Below are positions 21,074 through 30,696 of a DNA stretch of 64,000 nt, in pieces; within the stretch, counting starts at the first letter, position 1; each line of letters starts with the position of its first letter. The stretch comes from Oligoflexales bacterium (GTDB lineage Bacteria > Bdellovibrionota_B > Oligoflexia > Oligoflexales > JAPPIL01): contig OZ244057.1 in the NCBI GenBank assembly GCA_965215515.1, positions 352,001 to 416,000 of the forward strand, written 5' to 3'. The position numbers were made by a program, and so were the translations under genes. A model generated the notes under the pieces. It saw only the letters and a list, made by a program, of their open reading frames with translations. It was not told the origin of the DNA and made no database searches.

Positions 21074-21343
21074 ATGAGTGAGCTAGGTGATAACGTTAAA
21101 TCTCTGCCGACTTGGCAGCGATTGTTTTTTGTGCTTCTTTATCTGGTTGTCGCGTGTGTCATTGTCGAGGCGGTGTTCGTCGCCGTCGTCGTCTTGCAGT
21201 GTGGGTTTTTGCTCTTGACGGGCAAGAAAAATAGCAACTTGTTGCAGTTCGCCAGTTCGGTGCTGCGTTACTACCTGCAGGTGCTCGAATATCTGTGCTT
21301 CAAAAGCGACGAACGTCCTTTTCCCTTTAAACCATGGCCGTGA
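21074..21343 (+). CDS. DUF4389-like small membrane protein
   Basis: W.RLFFVLL...LLTGKKNSNL..F...Y..Q...YL...SDERPFPF. Confidence 0.75.
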   Translation: MSELGDNVKSLPTWQRLFFVLLYLVVACVIVEAVFVAVVVLQCGFLLLTGKKNSNLLQFASSVLRYYLQVLEYLCFKSDERPFPFKPWP

Positions 21344-21350
21344 ACTAGAA

Positions 21351-22364
21351 CTAGAGTGGTTTCTCTCCTAGGGCGACCAGAGCTTCGTTGATGGCTTGGG
21401 GCAGGTCAGTCGGCAGGTCGCTGAAGATGAGCTTGCGCCCGTTGACGAAGAACGACGGCGTGCCTTGCAGGCCGAGGCGTTGTGCTTCGTGTTTGCCCTT
21501 CGCCACGAAGCGTTGTGCGTCTTTGCCTGCCATGCAGCCGCTGAACTGCTTGCTGTCCAGGCGCAACTGGGAGGCCAGTTGCGCGGGAGATTGGGCGGTC
21601 AGTTCGGCTTGGCGTGCAAACGCGAGATCGTGGAACTCCCAGTATTTGTTTTGGAGTTTGGCGCAATAAGCTCCCTGTGCGATGAGGGCGGAGACCCCCG
21701 AACGGTTGACAGGGTAGTCGATGTTGACCACTCGCACTTTGTTCTTGAAGCGCGGCAGAATCTTACGCAACTGCATGGTAGCTTCGCGGCAGTGGTTGCA
21801 CTGGTAATCGAAAAACTCCACCACCGTCACCTCACCCTTGCCTTTGCTGGGAAATCCCTGTGTTGCGATAGTGAACCGCGGCGCGACAGGCTTGGGGAAG
21901 AGGAGCTGATAACTCCCCTCCTTCTTTACACGGGCAAGATATGTGTCGCGTCGCGCCGCGGCCTTCTGGGCTTGCAGATAACGCGTCAACTGCGGCTTGG
22001 CTTTATCGTATGCGTAGGGAATACGCGCCTTGTTGTCGGCGTAAAATTTCTTTATTTCTTTCTCATCTATAGTGCCTGCACTAAAAAATTCGGCACGCAA
22101 CTCGTCAACAGTTTTTTTATTTTTTTTAGCTTCGTGTTTGAGACTATGTTCAAAAACATGTTCGGAGATAATACGATCCATTTCTTGGTAGTAGTTGAGT
22201 TTTGCCTCGTAAAGGCTTTGCCTCAGCGGTGGTGGTAGTTTGTTCTCGTCGTATGTTTGTTGCTGAAAACGGTACAGGCCATCGCCATAGCTTCTGCTAC
22301 CGAACAGCACGAAAGTTGTCATCATTGCAACGAAAAGCGATTTGCTGAGCGAGGCTGGGTACAT
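21351..22364 (-). CDS. DsbA-family thioredoxin-fold oxidoreductase
   Basis: Signal peptide; EFFDYQCNHC and GTPSFFVNG; N-terminal helical domain. Confidence 0.9.
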   Translation of the reverse strand: MYPASLSKSLFVAMMTTFVLFGSRSYGDGLYRFQQQTYDENKLPPPLRQSLYEAKLNYYQEMDRIISEHVFEHSLKHEAKKNKKTVDELRAEFFSAGTIDEKEIKKFYADNKARIPYAYDKAKPQLTRYLQAQKAAARRDTYLARVKKEGSYQLLFPKPVAPRFTIATQGFPSKGKGEVTVVEFFDYQCNHCREATMQLRKILPRFKNKVRVVNIDYPVNRSGVSALIAQGAYCAKLQNKYWEFHDLAFARQAELTAQSPAQLASQLRLDSKQFSGCMAGKDAQRFVAKGKHEAQRLGLQGTPSFFVNGRKLIFSDLPTDLPQAINEALVALGEKPL

Positions 22365-22516
22365 GTTTTCTCCTCAATTTGCGTGTTAAACCTTCTACCA
22401 CACTCGCCCAAAAATATACAGTAAAATTTATCACCTCTAGTAAAATTTTTTCCCTTGCAACACGATCGGTTGTTCTGTAGCTTGGGGGTAGGTTTTTTTT
22501 AATTAGGAGTTCGGTT

Positions 22517-22981
22517 ATGAAGTTGTTTCTGGTTTTCTTGGTGTCTCTTTGGTCGCTAGCCGCGTTGGGTGGCATGCAACCGCTTCACAACAATCAGTAT
22601 TTCAATGGCAGTGGGGTTAAGTTTCATCCTGATGGCAGTACCGAGCGTTATTTGGTCAGCCTTTCTATCAGCAAGAAGAGTGCGCACAAGTTCCGTTTGA
22701 ACTTCGACTATCAGTTTGCGGGGAAGAACATGTTCTTTGATCTTGTCCACAAGCACAACATGGCTGACTCCAGTTTCTTCAGCATCTATAAGGAAGGTGA
22801 ACTCGTCGGTCATGGTTACTGCTGGGGCATGCGTTGTCACACCAACTGGAGCTATCACGGCTACAACATCGAATCCAGCTACTATCGCCATCGTCGCAGC
22901 GGTGCGATTCACAGCATGGGCTCGAAAAGCAAAGACGGCATGGTTTACATTTGGAAAGAAAAGCTACGCCCTCTTCACTGA
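22517..22981 (+). CDS. Hypothetical secreted beta-rich protein (paralogue A)
   Basis: SD AGGAG; signal peptide; GHGYCWGMRCH motif. Confidence 0.8.
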   Translation: MKLFLVFLVSLWSLAALGGMQPLHNNQYFNGSGVKFHPDGSTERYLVSLSISKKSAHKFRLNFDYQFAGKNMFFDLVHKHNMADSSFFSIYKEGELVGHGYCWGMRCHTNWSYHGYNIESSYYRHRRSGAIHSMGSKSKDGMVYIWKEKLRPLH

Positions 22982-23066
22982 TAGCTGGCCAGCCAGACAA
23001 TCTGGCTACCTAACGCTAAGCGGGTAGGTTTTGCTTGTATTTAATTATTTTTGCAGGGAGTTATCG

Positions 23067-23558
23067 ATGAAATTTTTGCTTGCGGTTTTATTTTTTCTGG
23101 GTTCATCGACTGCCTTCGCGGTAGCTGATGAGTCCGTCTCTGACTTGTCTTACCACTCGGCGCACGGTTTTGAGTACTATCACGGTGCAGGTGTGTACAA
23201 AAAACCATCGGGCAAGAGTGCCGATTTTTTGGCTTCACTGACCATTCGCGACCTCGGCGAAGGTCAGCACAAATTTAGCTACGGTATCTACTCAAGTCGC
23301 GGCAGTATGCACTACAACATCGTCATCAGCGATCGTGCCGACACAAGCTTCTTCGATGTCATGTCACAAGGTGAAACCATCGGTTACGGCTACTGCATGG
23401 GTAGCAAGTGTCACCTTGAATACAGCCTCGAGGGCTACGATATAGAAGACACTATCAAACGCCACAAACGTGGCGGTGCGCTGACCTGCACTGGCTCGAA
23501 ACGCGGCGAACACGGCATTATTAAATCTTGGAAAATGTCTCTCAAGAAAATTTTCTGA
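23067..23558 (+). CDS. Hypothetical secreted beta-rich protein (paralogue B)
   Basis: SD GGAG; signal peptide ending AFA; GYGYCMGSKCH motif. Confidence 0.8.
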   Translation: MKFLLAVLFFLGSSTAFAVADESVSDLSYHSAHGFEYYHGAGVYKKPSGKSADFLASLTIRDLGEGQHKFSYGIYSSRGSMHYNIVISDRADTSFFDVMSQGETIGYGYCMGSKCHLEYSLEGYDIEDTIKRHKRGGALTCTGSKRGEHGIIKSWKMSLKKIF

Positions 23559-23578
23559 TCCACATTCTCTACTCACTC

Positions 23579-23614
23579 AACAAGCAGGTTGAGGTTTTTC
23601 TTAACCTGCTTGTT
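23579..23614. terminator. Intrinsic terminator-like hairpin between convergent genes
   Basis: AACAAGCAGGTTGAG-loop-CTTAACCTGCTTGTT inverted repeat followed by GTTT. Confidence 0.75.
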
Positions 23615-23647
23615 GTTTCCATCCCCCCGCGGAACAACGAACACCCA

Positions 23648-24565
23648 CTACCAACGTGGCAAGGAAAAAGACACACTGTGCATTGCAACCTCTAGCCATT
23701 TTTGATACTCAATGTGTTGCTTTTGCTCACGCACGGCTTGTTCTACGACAGAACGAAAATCACCAAGACTGCCACTGCCAGCGGGATTTTTCTTCAACAA
23801 AAACATTATGTGAAAACCATAGGGGGACTTGAGTACTTCCGTGATACGCTTCTCACGCATTTTAAATAATACATGGAACACCTGAGGCAACTCACTCTTC
23901 GTCAGCGGCCCCAACAAACCACCTTCCTCTGCTTCGGGAGCGATTGAATGCTCACGCGCATAAGTGCTGAAATTTTTTGCCGTAACAAGAGCACGAATGC
24001 GCTTCGCTTGCCTCTCTTGAGGCAAGACAATTTGCCGAAAAGTTACCGTAGCAGAACGTAAATAACGCTCACGATTGGCAGCAAAAAAATCTGCTAACTC
24101 CGCTTCGCTAACACTGAGACGCGTGAAGACATGCACCTGACTGTAACGACGAATTGCTTCCTGCTCGCACAATTTGCGCCTGATACCATTCTGACGATGC
24201 ACACTCGTATAAAAAACAGGATCGGACATAATCAACGCCTCCGCCTGACGCAAACACTCCGTCTCTGCAAAAACAAACCCCGCATCACCCTTCAGATGCT
24301 CATACAAAATACGCCGCTCCAATAACTCGGATAACACCTCCTTCTGCAACTCTGGCACTTCTCCTGCCTCCGTATCCTGCAACTGTAAATCTAACTCAAA
24401 CTGCAAATCATGTGCCTTGATCGCTGTCTCGCCCACCGTAGCAATAACGTCCGAAGCAGCAACACTGTCGCTCAAATGCAGCTCACGCCCCACCGTACCA
24501 CGATATAAACGCAACACAACAACCACCATTGCAGAGAAAAACACCAGCAATAAAATCTTCTTCAT
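23648..24565 (-). CDS. PpiC/SurA-type peptidyl-prolyl isomerase
   Basis: N-terminal TM anchor; F...AREHSIAPEAEEGGLLG and VLKSPYGFHI rotamase motifs. Confidence 0.88.
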   Translation of the reverse strand: MKKILLLVFFSAMVVVVLRLYRGTVGRELHLSDSVAASDVIATVGETAIKAHDLQFELDLQLQDTEAGEVPELQKEVLSELLERRILYEHLKGDAGFVFAETECLRQAEALIMSDPVFYTSVHRQNGIRRKLCEQEAIRRYSQVHVFTRLSVSEAELADFFAANRERYLRSATVTFRQIVLPQERQAKRIRALVTAKNFSTYAREHSIAPEAEEGGLLGPLTKSELPQVFHVLFKMREKRITEVLKSPYGFHIMFLLKKNPAGSGSLGDFRSVVEQAVREQKQHIEYQKWLEVAMHSVSFSLPRW

Positions 24566-24620
24566 ACCCACTAACCCCAACACCACCCTGCTCACACATA
24601 AATGGTTATCGTGAGTATAG

Positions 24621-25295
24621 CTAAACCCCTACCCTGCTGCCAATTTTGAGATGCGCGCCTGTAACTACCGTGCAGGGTAAAACCTGGCTGTCGCGCGCAA
24701 GCACCGTGCCAGGATTAGTGACCGCATTGCAGCCGATCTGCACCCCATCACCGAGTACAGCCCCGAACTTACGCAACATCGTCGCAATACTGCCACCCTC
24801 ATAGCGTAACTTAATCGTGCTGCTAGAGTTGAGCTTTAAGTTGGCCAACTTCACACCCGCACCGAGATTGACCCGATTGCCCAGTACACTATCACCGATA
24901 TAAGCAAAATGCCCCGCCTTTACCTCGTCAAGCAACAGCGAGTTCTTCACCTCCGTCGCATGACCGAGCACACACCCCCGTCCCGCAATAACATTGCCGC
25001 GGAGATAAGCACCGTGCCGTACCTCACAACCCTCGGCAAGCCAACACGGGCCGCGCACATACGCCCCTGCCTCGACTCGTACCCCCTTCGCAATCACAAT
25101 ACCCACGCCCTCCAAATACGCACGGGGATCGACATCGCCTTGCACGACATTGCACGACAAATCACAACGACCCGCCAAATAAGACGCAATGGAGTCGGGA
25201 AACACATCCCACACACAAGAAACATCAGCAAAAATATCTGCCGCAAAAAAATCGCACAGAGAAAAAAAACGCTGCGGGACAAACAAGTCACGCAA
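24621..25295 (-). CDS. Hexapeptide-repeat acyltransferase (GlmU C-terminal-like)
   Basis: EVRHGAYLRG, HFAYIGDSVLG..VNLGAG and RKFGAVLGD.VQIGCN. Confidence 0.85.
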   Translation of the reverse strand: MRDLFVPQRFFSLCDFFAADIFADVSCVWDVFPDSIASYLAGRCDLSCNVVQGDVDPRAYLEGVGIVIAKGVRVEAGAYVRGPCWLAEGCEVRHGAYLRGNVIAGRGCVLGHATEVKNSLLLDEVKAGHFAYIGDSVLGNRVNLGAGVKLANLKLNSSSTIKLRYEGGSIATMLRKFGAVLGDGVQIGCNAVTNPGTVLARDSQVLPCTVVTGAHLKIGSRVGV

Positions 25296-25354
25296 ATTCG
25301 TACCCCTAGATCACCACACAAGCCTCGGAACACAGACAACACGAGCACCGCCTG

Positions 25355-25377
25355 CCCCCCCCCCCCCCCCCCCCCCC
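25355..25377. repeat. C23 homopolymer (G23 on the minus strand)
   Basis: Run of 23 C read directly from the sequence. Confidence 0.95.
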
Positions 25378-25394
25378 GCCAGCGCAACAAAAAA

Positions 25395-25468
25395 CGACCC
25401 CGTCCCGATTCGAACGGGAAACCCTCGGCTTAGAAGGCCGATGCTCTATCCGATTGAGCTACGGGGCC
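25395..25468 (-). tRNA. tRNA-Arg (anticodon TCT)
   Basis: GGCCCCGTAGCTCAATCGGATAGAGCA-TCGGC-CTTCTAA-GCCGA-GGGTT-TCCCG-TTCGAAT-CGGGA-CGGGGTCG cloverleaf; CCA not encoded. Confidence 0.95.
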
Positions 25469-25571
25469 TACCATGCAGCACGCCCGCTGACACACCTACC
25501 CTCGGCAAAAAAGATCAGCGGGACAATACCACATAACCACGTGTTCACCACCTTCGCAAAAAACAAAACAC

Positions 25572-26552
25572 TCAGGCATCCGACACACCGAACATCCGTG
25601 CGACGACAAGCCTGACCGCAGCCGACGGCGGCAAACCCTCCTCCGTTATTTTTTTACTCACCTGTGTCATCAATGTCGCATGTTCTGCAAACAAACGCGC
25701 CTGACACAGGCGTGCCAACTCCGCCTGAAAAAAAGCCACCCCTTGTGCGGCACGATTACGCTGCAACGCACCGCTAGCCATCCGTACCTGACGCAGCTTG
25801 TCCAGACACACACCCAGCTGCTCAAGTCCCTTGTTCTCCCGCGCCGAAGTCAATACCACCTCCGCCTGCGTTTCTCCAGCACCTAAACGCAGTGCCTGCT
25901 GCAAAACAGCGTGTGCCTGTTCAGCCAAAGGACGCATGTCGCCATCATGCTTGCTGATAACAAACACATCGCTCATCTCAGGCAATCCCTTCTTCAAACT
26001 CTGCACCAGATCACCTCCCCCACCCGCTAACAACGTCACCACGATATCGACACTGTGCCTAACGGCAAAATCACTCTGCCCACTACCCATCGTCTCGACT
26101 ATCACCGTGCGATAACCAGCTAACTCACATATACGCACCATCTCTGGCAACAGCACATGCACACCTCCCGCCACCTGCCGCCCTGCTAACGGGCGAATGA
26201 ACACCTCCGCACATGCCGCCAACTCACCCATGCGCAACTTGTCTCCTAGGATACTGCCACCACTGCGGGGTGAAGCTGGATCGATGGCCAGCACCGCCAA
26301 CGGCCCGTGTCGTTGGCGCAACAAATGCAAGCCCCAGACACCGATCAACGTGCTCTTACCCGCTCCTGCCGCACCCGTGATACCGATTCTCGTCGTCGCA
26401 GGCTGTTCCCGCGCCGCAGCACGTAGAAAAGCGACGACAAAATCACGATCCTCCCTGCGACTGCTCTCCACCCGCGACAGCATCTGTGCCAATGCCCGTC
26501 GCTCGCCGCCACGTACCGCTGCCAAACAACTACCCAAATCAGCCGCACGCAT
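25572..26552 (-). CDS. meaB: Methylmalonyl-CoA mutase-associated GTPase MeaB
   Basis: RIGITGAAGAGKST and LAIDPASP.SGGSILGDK.RM; ATG 26552 overlaps the mutase end. Confidence 0.93.
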   Translation of the reverse strand: MRAADLGSCLAAVRGGERRALAQMLSRVESSRREDRDFVVAFLRAAAREQPATTRIGITGAAGAGKSTLIGVWGLHLLRQRHGPLAVLAIDPASPRSGGSILGDKLRMGELAACAEVFIRPLAGRQVAGGVHVLLPEMVRICELAGYRTVIVETMGSGQSDFAVRHSVDIVVTLLAGGGGDLVQSLKKGLPEMSDVFVISKHDGDMRPLAEQAHAVLQQALRLGAGETQAEVVLTSARENKGLEQLGVCLDKLRQVRMASGALQRNRAAQGVAFFQAELARLCQARLFAEHATLMTQVSKKITEEGLPPSAAVRLVVARMFGVSDA

Positions 26553-28641
26553 GCAACAATACCCGCATGACACGCGCCGCACACTCAGGCAAGGCCGTGC
26601 CTGGGGAGAAAATTTCCCGTACCCCCGCCTGTCGCAAAAATTCATAATCCTGCGGAGGAATGATCCCACCCGCGACCACGATAATGTTCGTGTGACGCAA
26701 TTCTTCCAGCAATTGCGGAATCAACACCTTATGCCCCGCCGTGTGCGTAGAAATACCGATAACGTGCACATCGTTCTCCAGCGCGTGCTTCACCACCTCC
26801 GCGGGGATTTGAAACAGCGGCGCGAGATCGACATCGAAACCAAAATTGCTGAACGCCACCGCAATGACGTGCAAACCCCGATCGTGCCCGTCCTGCCCGA
26901 GCTTGGCGACCAAAATGCGCGGCGGCCGCCCTACCCGCTGGGCGAACTGCGCGATCTGCGCCCGCACTGCCTTGACCTGCTCGTCATCGCCATAGTTATC
27001 GAGATACATACCCGCCGTCGTCGTCAAAGTTACCTCTGGTTGATAACGCCCAAACACATCTTCAAGGGCTGCGCTAACCTCGCCCACCGTAGCTCGCTGG
27101 CGGATCGCCGCCACCGTCGCTGGCATGAGGTTAGTGCCCGCCTCAGCCGCCGCGTCACGCACACGTTGCAAAGCACACTTGACTGCGGCGTTATCACGCG
27201 TCCGTTTAATTTTACGCAACGCCCGCATCTGCTGGGTACGCAAAGCTGTCGTGTCGATGTCACGGAAAGCGAGCACACCTTCGTCGTGCTGAAATCTGTT
27301 TACTCCCACCACCACCTCTGTTCCCCGATCGATCAAAGCTTGTTTATGCACCGCACACTGTTCGATTTTGTGCTTGGCATAACCGTCAGCGATCGCCGCC
27401 AACATGCCACCCCGTGCCGCGATGGCGGTGAGAATTTTTTCTGCCGCCCGCTGCACGTCCCGTGTCAGGCTTTCAATCGCATAGCTACCCCCTAACGGGT
27501 CGATGGTGTGCGTTATATCGGTCTCGTGCTGCAAAATAAGCTGCGTATTGCGTGCCACCCGTGCGGATTCCGCGACAGGAATACTGACCGCCTCATCATA
27601 GGCATTGGTATGTAACGACTGTGTGCCACCCAGCACCGCCGCCAGCGCCTCGATGGTCGTGCGCACAATGTTGTTGTGCGGTTGTTGCTGCGTCAACGAG
27701 TAGCCTGAAGTCTGACAATGCATGCGCAACACGGAAGATTTCGGATCACAAGGTTTATACTTACACAGCAACTGTGCCCACAGACGACGCGCCGCACGCA
27801 ACTTGGCCACTTCCTGTAAAAAACGCATACCGACCGCGAAGAAAAACGACAAACGCGGCGCAATACTATCGACAGTTAAACCACGTGCTAGCGCTGCATC
27901 GAGGTAGGCACAGGCATTGCCTAGCGTCAAGGCCAACTCCAGCGCAGGGTCAGCTCCCGCCTCTTGAAAGTGATAACCACTGATACTGATGCTGTTGAAT
28001 TTCGGCATCGTCTCACGCAGATACTCGATAACATCGATGGCAAGACGCATACCGACCACAGGCGGGTAGATGAAAGTATTGCGCACGATGTATTCTTTCA
28101 GAATGTCGTTCTGCACCGTACCGCGCAAGATGGCAGGTTTAACCCCTCGCTCCTCCGCCGCGACGATAAAACAAGCCAGTACGGGCAACACTGCACCGTT
28201 CATGGTCATCGACACACTCACCTTATCGAGGGCGATACCGTCGAACAGCACTCGCATGTCCTCGACCGTATCGATAGCCACGCCTGCCTTGCCCACATCG
28301 CCCGCTGCCCGTACATGATCGGAGTCGTAGCCACGATGCGTAGGTAAATCAAAAGCCACACTCAAACCACGTTGCCCGCTGCGCAACGCCTCATGGTAAA
28401 AGCGATTCGTTTCCGCTGCCGAAGAGAAACCTGCATACTGCCTGATCGTCCACGGACGACCGCGATACATGCTTGCATACGCCCCGCGGGTGTAAGGGGC
28501 AAAACCAGGCCACGAAGCCGCTAAGTCTTGCACATCCGCAGCAGTATACAGCAGCTGATATGGCACACCGTTGTTGTCAAGAACGCGCTGCTCACGCTGT
28601 TCAGCCGTGAGTTCATGCCATTGCCGCTCGTCATCACGCAT
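26539..28641 (-). CDS. scpA: Methylmalonyl-CoA mutase (B12-dependent)
   Basis: WTIRQYAGF, GLSVAFDLPTHRGYDSD, QSLHTN and the B12-binding KLGQDGHDRG. Confidence 0.97.
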   Translation of the reverse strand: MRDDERQWHELTAEQREQRVLDNNGVPYQLLYTAADVQDLAASWPGFAPYTRGAYASMYRGRPWTIRQYAGFSSAAETNRFYHEALRSGQRGLSVAFDLPTHRGYDSDHVRAAGDVGKAGVAIDTVEDMRVLFDGIALDKVSVSMTMNGAVLPVLACFIVAAEERGVKPAILRGTVQNDILKEYIVRNTFIYPPVVGMRLAIDVIEYLRETMPKFNSISISGYHFQEAGADPALELALTLGNACAYLDAALARGLTVDSIAPRLSFFFAVGMRFLQEVAKLRAARRLWAQLLCKYKPCDPKSSVLRMHCQTSGYSLTQQQPHNNIVRTTIEALAAVLGGTQSLHTNAYDEAVSIPVAESARVARNTQLILQHETDITHTIDPLGGSYAIESLTRDVQRAAEKILTAIAARGGMLAAIADGYAKHKIEQCAVHKQALIDRGTEVVVGVNRFQHDEGVLAFRDIDTTALRTQQMRALRKIKRTRDNAAVKCALQRVRDAAAEAGTNLMPATVAAIRQRATVGEVSAALEDVFGRYQPEVTLTTTAGMYLDNYGDDEQVKAVRAQIAQFAQRVGRPPRILVAKLGQDGHDRGLHVIAVAFSNFGFDVDLAPLFQIPAEVVKHALENDVHVIGISTHTAGHKVLIPQLLEELRHTNIIVVAGGIIPPQDYEFLRQAGVREIFSPGTALPECAARVMRVLLHACG

Positions 28642-28884
28642 GCCGTAATTCTAGCAGACTGAGGCACATAGTTGAAGGGGAAGCTTTTATGTTAGGTATG
28701 CCGTACAGCTCTCCTGTCTTGATGTGCCCTGAATACGATCGCCTTTGCGGTGGAATATAGGACGCATTTGGAGGTATTTTTTGCTGCCGCTGTTCTTGAC
28801 CAGATCTTTCACCGCTACCTCACCCTCGACAAAATCTTCGTTGCATCGCCCCTTGTGGGACGGACGTGTCGCAGGACTTTACTA

Positions 28885-29754
28885 TTAGTAAGAACTGCAA
28901 TCAAGGCCTCGCGTGGCTAATCCGAACTCTAAAAAATCAAGTCCAATATCTACGATAAGATTTCTTATGATACCTGTAGTACCGCTGCTGTTGCCTTGCG
29001 TCCAGTCCGCTAACGGTTGCCTTGTGGCATGGACTGTTGATGCGAGTATTCCACAGGCTAGTTTTTTTTTCGCCTCAGTCATTGCTGCTTGCTGCGCTGC
29101 TACCGCTGGGTCTTGAACATTATGGACCAACAAGCTCAGACGCAGTTTCTGATCGAAGTTGTACGAATTACCCCCGTCCATCCGCTCACAATCACTCACA
29201 CTTTTAGGCATGTCGGGCACCTCTCCTCCCCCCGACTCGCTCGCTCGCCCCCGAACATGCTGATTAAAAATCTTGCGGCAATAAAGCATATTGCGCGCGA
29301 TAACCCACAACTCCTCCCTATCATCCTCCTTACCTTCCACATACTCCCTGAGGAAGACATATCTCGTTATCTTCGTATTGCCAGAATCCTGATCGACTGC
29401 TTTGATTTCAGGTAGATTAGGGAAACTGTCCACCATAATATCGTTAGCATTCACCTCTTCTCCTCGTACCTCTATATTCCAAGACTGCCAACTATCTGTC
29501 ACCAACCTAAGGACACTTGTCGGAGTTCCACCCACGTCCGTGCTCTTTTCTTCCAGCTTCGCAGTAATCGGTGTCACCGTAATTTTCAGATTACCAGGGT
29601 TGAGTGAAGACTGCTTGGTAACTTTGTCAATGATTGTTCTCACTCCCGCGTCCCCCTCTCTCGGCACAGGCGCTGCGGGGGCCAGTTGTCTCACTGGCAA
29701 ACGTTGCGGACACGCGAGCAAAACAAGCGCGACAAAAAACAGAGCATAATACAC
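28885..29754 (-). CDS. Hypothetical lipoprotein
   Basis: Lipobox LLAC; visibly lower GC than flanking genes; 289 aa. Confidence 0.7.
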   Translation of the reverse strand: MYYALFFVALVLLACPQRLPVRQLAPAAPVPREGDAGVRTIIDKVTKQSSLNPGNLKITVTPITAKLEEKSTDVGGTPTSVLRLVTDSWQSWNIEVRGEEVNANDIMVDSFPNLPEIKAVDQDSGNTKITRYVFLREYVEGKEDDREELWVIARNMLYCRKIFNQHVRGRASESGGGEVPDMPKSVSDCERMDGGNSYNFDQKLRLSLLVHNVQDPAVAAQQAAMTEAKKKLACGILASTVHATRQPLADWTQGNSSGTTGIIRNLIVDIGLDFLEFGLATRGLDCSSY

Positions 29755-29794
29755 AACTTCCCCCTCACCGAGTTAACAAGCCCTCCCCTGAGAC

Positions 29795-29822
29795 ATATCG
29801 GAATTTTATCTCTATCCCTTAA
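29795..29822 (-). promoter_or_regulatory. sigma28 (FliA)-like promoter
   Basis: Minus strand reads TTAAG-N15-TCCGATAT, upstream of the lipoprotein gene starting at 29754. Confidence 0.5.
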
Positions 29823-29881
29823 TCTTCTTGACCATAATTTTATCTTGTGACATAATGATATGTCGGTTGTGGTTAAAAATT

Positions 29882-30622
29882 ATGTCACGTGTAATTGCTT
29901 CAATGATAATGACAGCTTGTTTTACCAACGCCTGTGGTGGTGGCGAGACCGCCGCCTCTAAGGCCGTACGTGATGCGCAGCGTGCGGTAGGGATGGTGCT
30001 GGTCGAACACGGTGAACGGAAGCTGCTGAAGGTGGTCGTCTGCACCGTGCGCGACGGGCAGCTACCCGCCGATGCGGCACTTGCCGACGAAAGCTTATGC
30101 CCTAACGCTTTCGTCGATGCCGAGGGCAAGGGCTATTATTTCAGTGAGTTACAGCCACAAGGGGTGAAGAACCGCCTGCGTCGCCACGGTTATCTGAAAC
30201 TAGGCAGCATGCTACTCGTCCCGCTGGTTATCGGCACTGTGGTAGGCTGGAAAGCAAAACCGCTGCTCAAGAAGCTCAAGCTTACCTTCACCGCTGAAGG
30301 CAGGGTACTGCGTGGCGGCGGCGAAATCACCGCCGCACAGAGGAAGGCACAAGCTGAGGCACTTGCTGACGTGCGCACCAACGCCAGAGTCGGCGCCGCA
30401 GGCGGTGCGATCGCGGCGATCGTCTTCTTCGACGATCTCAACACGCACCTGTGGGGTAGGGGCGAGCGCGCGACTGTCAAGCATTGGGATGATATTTTCC
30501 GCACCCACCTCAGCTTTGTCGATGCTGAAATGCTGTCCCAGCCACACACCATTACGCACCTCCTCACCACGCTCGCCCAAATACTGGAGGTTAGCGTTAA
30601 CCCCGCCGTAGTCAGCGCTTAG
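29882..30622 (+). CDS. Hypothetical (lipo)protein with two internal hydrophobic segments
   Basis: TNAC possible lipobox; Cys pair; LLVPLVIGTVVGW and AAGGAIAAIVFF segments. Confidence 0.7.
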   Translation: MSRVIASMIMTACFTNACGGGETAASKAVRDAQRAVGMVLVEHGERKLLKVVVCTVRDGQLPADAALADESLCPNAFVDAEGKGYYFSELQPQGVKNRLRRHGYLKLGSMLLVPLVIGTVVGWKAKPLLKKLKLTFTAEGRVLRGGGEITAAQRKAQAEALADVRTNARVGAAGGAIAAIVFFDDLNTHLWGRGERATVKHWDDIFRTHLSFVDAEMLSQPHTITHLLTTLAQILEVSVNPAVVSA

Positions 30623-30696
30623 CCTGATCTTAGCTTGCCAAACCGATAACTTACGCTTAACATCCGCCTCCGACAGACAGAGGGGGGATTGACGAC

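Noticed and set aside
25395..25468. tRNA as an integration site for an island
   Set aside because: No integrase and no duplicated tRNA 3' end were seen in the window.
26197..27495. 432-aa plus-strand ORF
   Set aside because: Antisense shadow of scpA/meaB; its Arg/His-rich composition reflects local strand skew.
28642..28884. Cobalamin riboswitch upstream of methylmalonyl-CoA mutase
   Set aside because: I could not find the conserved B12-box elements by eye; an Rfam scan would settle it.
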